DNA of 64,000 nucleotides. Source: an uncultured delta proteobacterium (GTDB lineage: Bacteria > Desulfobacterota > Desulfobacteria > Desulfobacterales > QNYZ01). A program made the translations under genes and the position numbers. This document shows positions 59,608 through 64,000 of the stretch, one piece after another (the stretch's first letter is position 1; each line of letters starts with the position of its first letter). The notes below the pieces were generated by a model that saw only the letters and a list, made by a program, of their open reading frames with translations, did no database searches and was not told where the DNA came from. The DNA is taken from NCBI GenBank assembly GCA_963845145.1, contig CAWJQU010000004.1, forward strand, positions 416,001 to 480,000, given 5' to 3'.

Positions 59608-60730
59608 GTATCAATTGGTATGAGCTGTTTCGCGGTCCGCTGCTGACGGTGGTCCTGATTGTGGTTGCGGTGCTCCACGTGTATCGTGCCTTTCAATTTT
59701 TCCGTGCCACTGAGCGCCTTTCAAATCGGAAATCGTCGAAAACAAAAACGAAGCCGCATCAGCCGAAACGCTTTCTAAAGCGCCTGCATGAATTTGCAGC
59801 GTTCATTACGGCGAGATTACACAAATTTCGCCTCAATATCCGCAATTCGATTTTCGGCATGAATCCGGTGGCCATCTGGACGGCAGCGGTCTACCATCTG
59901 GTCATTTTTGCTGCGCTGTTTTTCGTCGAGGGCCATAATGTTCTTCTGGACCTGTCATGGGGGGTGAGCCTGCCGTCACTGCCCGAGGGGTTCATGAATG
60001 ATTTGACCATGATTTTTCTGGGGATCACCGTTTTTTATCTGATACGTCGGGGCGCTCAAGGCGCGTTTCGTTTTCCGATCATTGCCAAAGACTATCTGGC
60101 TATTTTGATTACAGCGGCACCTTTTGCAACCGGACTGGTGGCGTATCAACAATGGTTCGATTACGATGTGGTGATCATTTTGCATATGGCCAGCGGCCTG
60201 CTTTTTTTCTAATGCTGCCGTTTTCCAAGATGGGGCACCTGATCTTTTTTATATTCGGACGATTTTTTCTTGATAGTGAATTAAATCTGGGAGGGGCGAG
60301 GCGCGTCTGGAAAACCGATTTTCCCATCGGGAAATTGCCGCAACCAGTCACGGAAAAAACCGATGCCGTCGATTCCGAGTATATTCGATATCTGCTTAAA
60401 CACAAAAAAACCCAGATGAAAGTCATGATGATGTTTTGCTCCCGCTGCAGTAATTGCGCCCGGAGCTGTTTTTTGTACAACAAAACCGGCGATCCATCAT
60501 ACATCCCATCCCATAAAGTATTTAACTCGATCGGGAAGTTATATCGTAAACGCGGCCGTGTGAACCGCGAAGAACTCGAAGAAATACGTGAAGCGGTGTG
60601 GGACAAATGCGTATTGTGTGAACGCTGTTATTGTCCAGTCGGTATTAAAATACCAGATATGATTGCCTTTGGCCGGGACATTTGCCGTTCCCAAGGAGTT
60701 TGCAGGACCTATGATTCGTTTGATAATTAA
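59604..60730 (+). CDS. NarI/DsrM/TmcC-like membrane cytochrome b probably fused to a 4Fe-4S dicluster domain; frameshift in a T7 run at 60202-60208
   Basis: His heme ligands (YHL..GHN, LHM, KMGH), PFSKMGH motif crossing the frameshift, then CSRCSNC and CVLCERC. Confidence 0.78.
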
Positions 60731-61142
60731 CCGGTCGATTCGGACGGCACGATGGGTGCTGCCGGCACTGATAGTCGTGGCGCTAGTGGTTTTTTGGCCA
60801 TTGGCCCCCATTTTTTCGCAATCTGACGAGATGCTTATCGACAATCCGTCCAACAGCCTGAAAAAATCCCGACCCGGGGTTGATTTTCCCCATACGCTTC
60901 ACATGGATTCCCATGATTGTCTGGAATGTCACCATGATTACCAGAATGGTGAGAATGTACTGGAAGAAGACGATCTGGATGAGGACGGCTCGGCATCGTG
61001 TAGCGCGTGTCACGATGCATCGGCATCCATCGGGTTGAAAACGGCCTACCATCGTCAATGCATTAAGTGCCACAGGACCTTAAACGAGCAGCCGGACACC
61101 GACCTGCCGATATCCTGTGGCAATTGCCATCCGAAAAATTAG
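60711..61142 (+). CDS. Tetraheme cytochrome c3 (class III)
   Basis: FPHTLH plus four CxxCH motifs (CLECH, CSACH, CIKCH, CGNCH); signal peptide. Confidence 0.9.
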   Translation: MIRLIINRSIRTARWVLPALIVVALVVFWPLAPIFSQSDEMLIDNPSNSLKKSRPGVDFPHTLHMDSHDCLECHHDYQNGENVLEEDDLDEDGSASCSACHDASASIGLKTAYHRQCIKCHRTLNEQPDTDLPISCGNCHPKN

Positions 61143-61181
61143 TTCCCCCCATCAACCCAACCATCAAAAAGGAGACGCACC

Positions 61182-62486
61182 ATGTTTTGTTACCAATGTG
61201 AAATGGCTATGGAAAACGGATGCGGCAGCAATGGTGCAACCACGGGGACCTGCGGCAAAACCGATACGATTGCCCGGCTACAGGATGTGATCATTTTCGG
61301 ATTAAAAGGGATCGCGGCTTATCGCTATCTGGCCAATACACTGGGGGCGGACTGCAAAGAAGTCGATGACGTGAGCCAGGAAGCACTTTACTTTACGTTG
61401 ACCAACGTCAATTTTAACAAAGAGGACCATATTAAGATGCTCATGAAAGTGGGCGGTGCCACCATGAAAATTATGGAAATTCTGGATGCGGTCCATCGAG
61501 ATCAGTTCGGCACCCCGACACCCGTTACGGTATCCCAGAATAAGGCCCAAGGCCACTCAATCCTGATGAGTGGGCATGACCTACTGGCCATGAAGCATCT
61601 GCTGGAGCAAACCGAAGGTCAAAATATCAATGTCTATACCCATTCCGAAATGCTACCGGCCCATGGGTACCCGGAGTTGCGGAAATTCGCCCACCTCAAA
61701 GGAAACATCGGCGGATCATGGACCGATCAAAATCGGACCTTCGACGACTTTCCCGGTCCGGTAGTGGTCAGTACCAATTGTATTGTTCCCATAAAGAAAG
61801 CCACCCACTATAAAGAGCGGTTGTTCGCTACCGGTAACGTGGCCATTAATGAATCCAAAAAGATTGTCGATTTTGATTTTTCGGAAGTGATTGAATTGGC
61901 CAAAGCCCTCCCTAAAGCGCAGATGGCTTCCGATGCCATCGTATCCACCGGTCATAGCTGGAATGCGATTTTGGATAAGCCCGACATGATCGCAGATGCC
62001 ATCAAGGATGGAAAAATCAGCCGGGTTTTTATCATCGCCGGTTGCGATGCCCCGGGATCAGGGGGAAACTACTATCGCGAGTTGGCGCTCAGCCTGCCCG
62101 ACGATTGTATCATTCTCACTTCTTCCTGCGGGAAATTTCGTTTCAATGACCATGATTTTGGGACCATTGCCAACACCGACATCCCGCGATATCTCGATCT
62201 GGGACAGTGCAATGATTCCGGAGGGGCCGTTCAGGTAACATCATCCCTGGCCAAGGCCGCCGGTTGCAGCCTAAATGACCTGCCGGTGACCATCGTACTA
62301 TCCTGGATGGAACAAAAGGCGGTCGCCATTCTTCTGGGGCTGCTAAACATGGGCATCAAGGATATCTGGCTAGGCCCGAAACCACCGGTGTTCGGTAACC
62401 TGGAAGTCTACAACATGTTCCTGGATGATTTTCACATGAACCTGACCTACAAGGTGGACGAGGATCTTAAAAGGATGTTGGTCTAG
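61182..62486 (+). CDS. hcp: Hybrid cluster protein (hydroxylamine/NO reductase), short form
   Basis: MFCYQCE...CGK, YTHSEMLPAHGYP, GCD, GQCNDS, LSWMEQKA. Confidence 0.93.
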   Translation: MFCYQCEMAMENGCGSNGATTGTCGKTDTIARLQDVIIFGLKGIAAYRYLANTLGADCKEVDDVSQEALYFTLTNVNFNKEDHIKMLMKVGGATMKIMEILDAVHRDQFGTPTPVTVSQNKAQGHSILMSGHDLLAMKHLLEQTEGQNINVYTHSEMLPAHGYPELRKFAHLKGNIGGSWTDQNRTFDDFPGPVVVSTNCIVPIKKATHYKERLFATGNVAINESKKIVDFDFSEVIELAKALPKAQMASDAIVSTGHSWNAILDKPDMIADAIKDGKISRVFIIAGCDAPGSGGNYYRELALSLPDDCIILTSSCGKFRFNDHDFGTIANTDIPRYLDLGQCNDSGGAVQVTSSLAKAAGCSLNDLPVTIVLSWMEQKAVAILLGLLNMGIKDIWLGPKPPVFGNLEVYNMFLDDFHMNLTYKVDEDLKRMLV

Positions 62487-62539
62487 GTTTTTTTTAAGTC
62501 ACCTCAATAAGTCGAAATGAAGTAATTCGGGAAAACTTT

Positions 62540-63268
62540 ATGCCTTATTACTGCTCTAACTGTGGTGCCACAGGATATGCACTTTTCTGTTACAAATGTG
62601 GTGCCAACACAACACCCGACACTGAATCTTCAACAGATGAAAATAATACCAAAAATCCCAATGGTATTTGTACTTCCGGTCACGAGTCGAGCTGTACAGG
62701 GTGTACTATTTCAGGTAAATTAAAATGTAGATTTAGCTTTTTTGATTGGTTCAAATTTATTTTATTATTTTCCGTATTTTTGGTACCCGGATTAATAGGG
62801 ATGAATCGTGGAGGTTACGCTAACCAGATTGCATGGATGTTTGTTTTCTGGGTATTATTTTTTGGTTTCTGGGAGATTAAAATTTTATGCAGTCATTGTC
62901 CCTACTATGCCAAAGAGGGCTTTATCCTGGAATGCCATGCGAATGCCGGATGTCCGAAACTCTGGAAATATAATCCGGCACCTATAAACAGGTGGGAGAA
63001 GTTTCAACTTATAATAGGCTTTGGCATTCTTTTTGGTTTTCCTATATATTTTTCCATAATTGGGGAGCAATACTTATGGGCAGGACTTGCTGCACTTGGA
63101 ACGATTCTATTTTTTGTAATACTAGGAAGAAATACCTGTTCAAAATGCGTTAATTTTTCTTGTCTTTTTAACCGGGTCCCAAAGGAAGTGGTTGATGAGT
63201 ATTTAAAGAAAAACGAAGTAATGAGAAAGGCGTGGGAAGAAGCAGGGTATAAAATAGGAAATGATTAA
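62540..63268 (+). CDS. Cys-rich membrane protein with an N-terminal zinc ribbon
   Basis: CxxC pairs, four TM segments, CSHCPYY, CSKCVNFSC. Confidence 0.65.
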   Translation: MPYYCSNCGATGYALFCYKCGANTTPDTESSTDENNTKNPNGICTSGHESSCTGCTISGKLKCRFSFFDWFKFILLFSVFLVPGLIGMNRGGYANQIAWMFVFWVLFFGFWEIKILCSHCPYYAKEGFILECHANAGCPKLWKYNPAPINRWEKFQLIIGFGILFGFPIYFSIIGEQYLWAGLAALGTILFFVILGRNTCSKCVNFSCLFNRVPKEVVDEYLKKNEVMRKAWEEAGYKIGND

Positions 63269-63761
63269 TGCCCTCCCGTCTTGGGCGGGGGTAAACTAAT
63301 TAAAATTAAGGCGATTAAGGCAAACAGCAATTAACAACTTGCTTTCGTTGACCACGAGGGTGAGCATTGCGTTCGACCGTATACCTGACTTCTGAGTTGT
63401 ATGACATAGGCTTATTTATATTTTCAAAACCTTGAGTATCTAAAACAATCTTGTAAATATCGAGGCCCTTAAAAACCACCGATCTGTGGGAATATTCACA
63501 ATTGACCAATTCTTGCAGGAGTAATCGGTTTCGTGGTACGGTGGAGATGTCCAAAAGATATCGGCAATAATACAAAAAAATACAGTTTGTTGCGGTTGTC
63601 TCAAATAAATCTGCACCGGGTTATATCGGGTTTCCGGTAAACACACCGCCTTTTGGTGTGGATTACATTCCGAAGGTGATGATATCCAGCCCCCTATAAT
63701 CACTTGTTTGTGTTCAAAGTGTCCAGAGTGAAAAGTCTTTCAAGCGAACTTGGAGTGTCAT

Positions 63762-63947
63762 ATGACAGATAAAAAATACGACAAAAGTACATGGGCTATT
63801 GGTGGTGGAGTACTAATGGGCACTGGTGTTGGATTATTTTTTCTTCAGACATCTGCTTTGGCGTTCGTAGGATCTATCTTGGCTGGCCTGGGTCTAGGCT
63901 TGGTAGTTACCGCCATTATATCAAGCAGAAGTAACATAAACACATAA
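63762..63947 (+). CDS. Small two-TM membrane protein
   Basis: GGAG RBS; hydrophobic Gly-rich helices. Confidence 0.6.
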   Translation: MTDKKYDKSTWAIGGGVLMGTGVGLFFLQTSALAFVGSILAGLGLGLVVTAIISSRSNINT

Positions 63948-64000
63948 CAAGGCACCGAACTATTTGCTTTACGGGCAAGAAATCGCTGCTGCTCGTCGGT

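Noticed and set aside
63315..63703. Overlapping minus-strand ORFs as genes
   Set aside because: No recognisable motifs or RBS; possibly decayed sequence

Overview
This 64-kb window is probably from a selenium-using anaerobic deltaproteobacterium (Desulfobacterales-like; inferred from a tetraheme cytochrome c3, TmcC/DsrM-like genes and in-frame UGA use). Most of it (~4-61 kb) is a large corrinoid-dependent methyl-transfer locus. Core: four MtaA/CmuA (UroD-fold, MT2) methyltransferases, a corrinoid protein, a RACE/RamA-type activator and an MtrH-like methyltransferase. Accessory genes: two DUF1638, two DUF2284, four CobW/COG0523 GTPases, five small thioredoxin-fold proteins plus TrxR, an aquaglyceroporin next to a PadR regulator, cobamide/cobalt supply genes (cobO, cbiR, cbiM, cbiQ-O), a V4R-V4R-kinase-regulator module, an orphan NorQ/NorD-type chaperone pair, a TSCPD-phosphoesterase/mini-SMC operon, a Tat-exported Mo-oxidoreductase and MetV plus a Tmc-like membrane module. 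Four genes that the ORF track splits or truncates at TGA look like selenoproteins: one MT2, two UxxC thioredoxin-like proteins and one CobW GTPase. Shared upstream motifs suggest several operons form one regulon. A toxin-antitoxin/helicase island (27.3-36 kb) interrupts the locus. Several single-base frameshifts may be sequencing errors. The substrate cannot be read from sequence; methylated arsenic/selenium/sulfur compounds or halomethanes are hypotheses.
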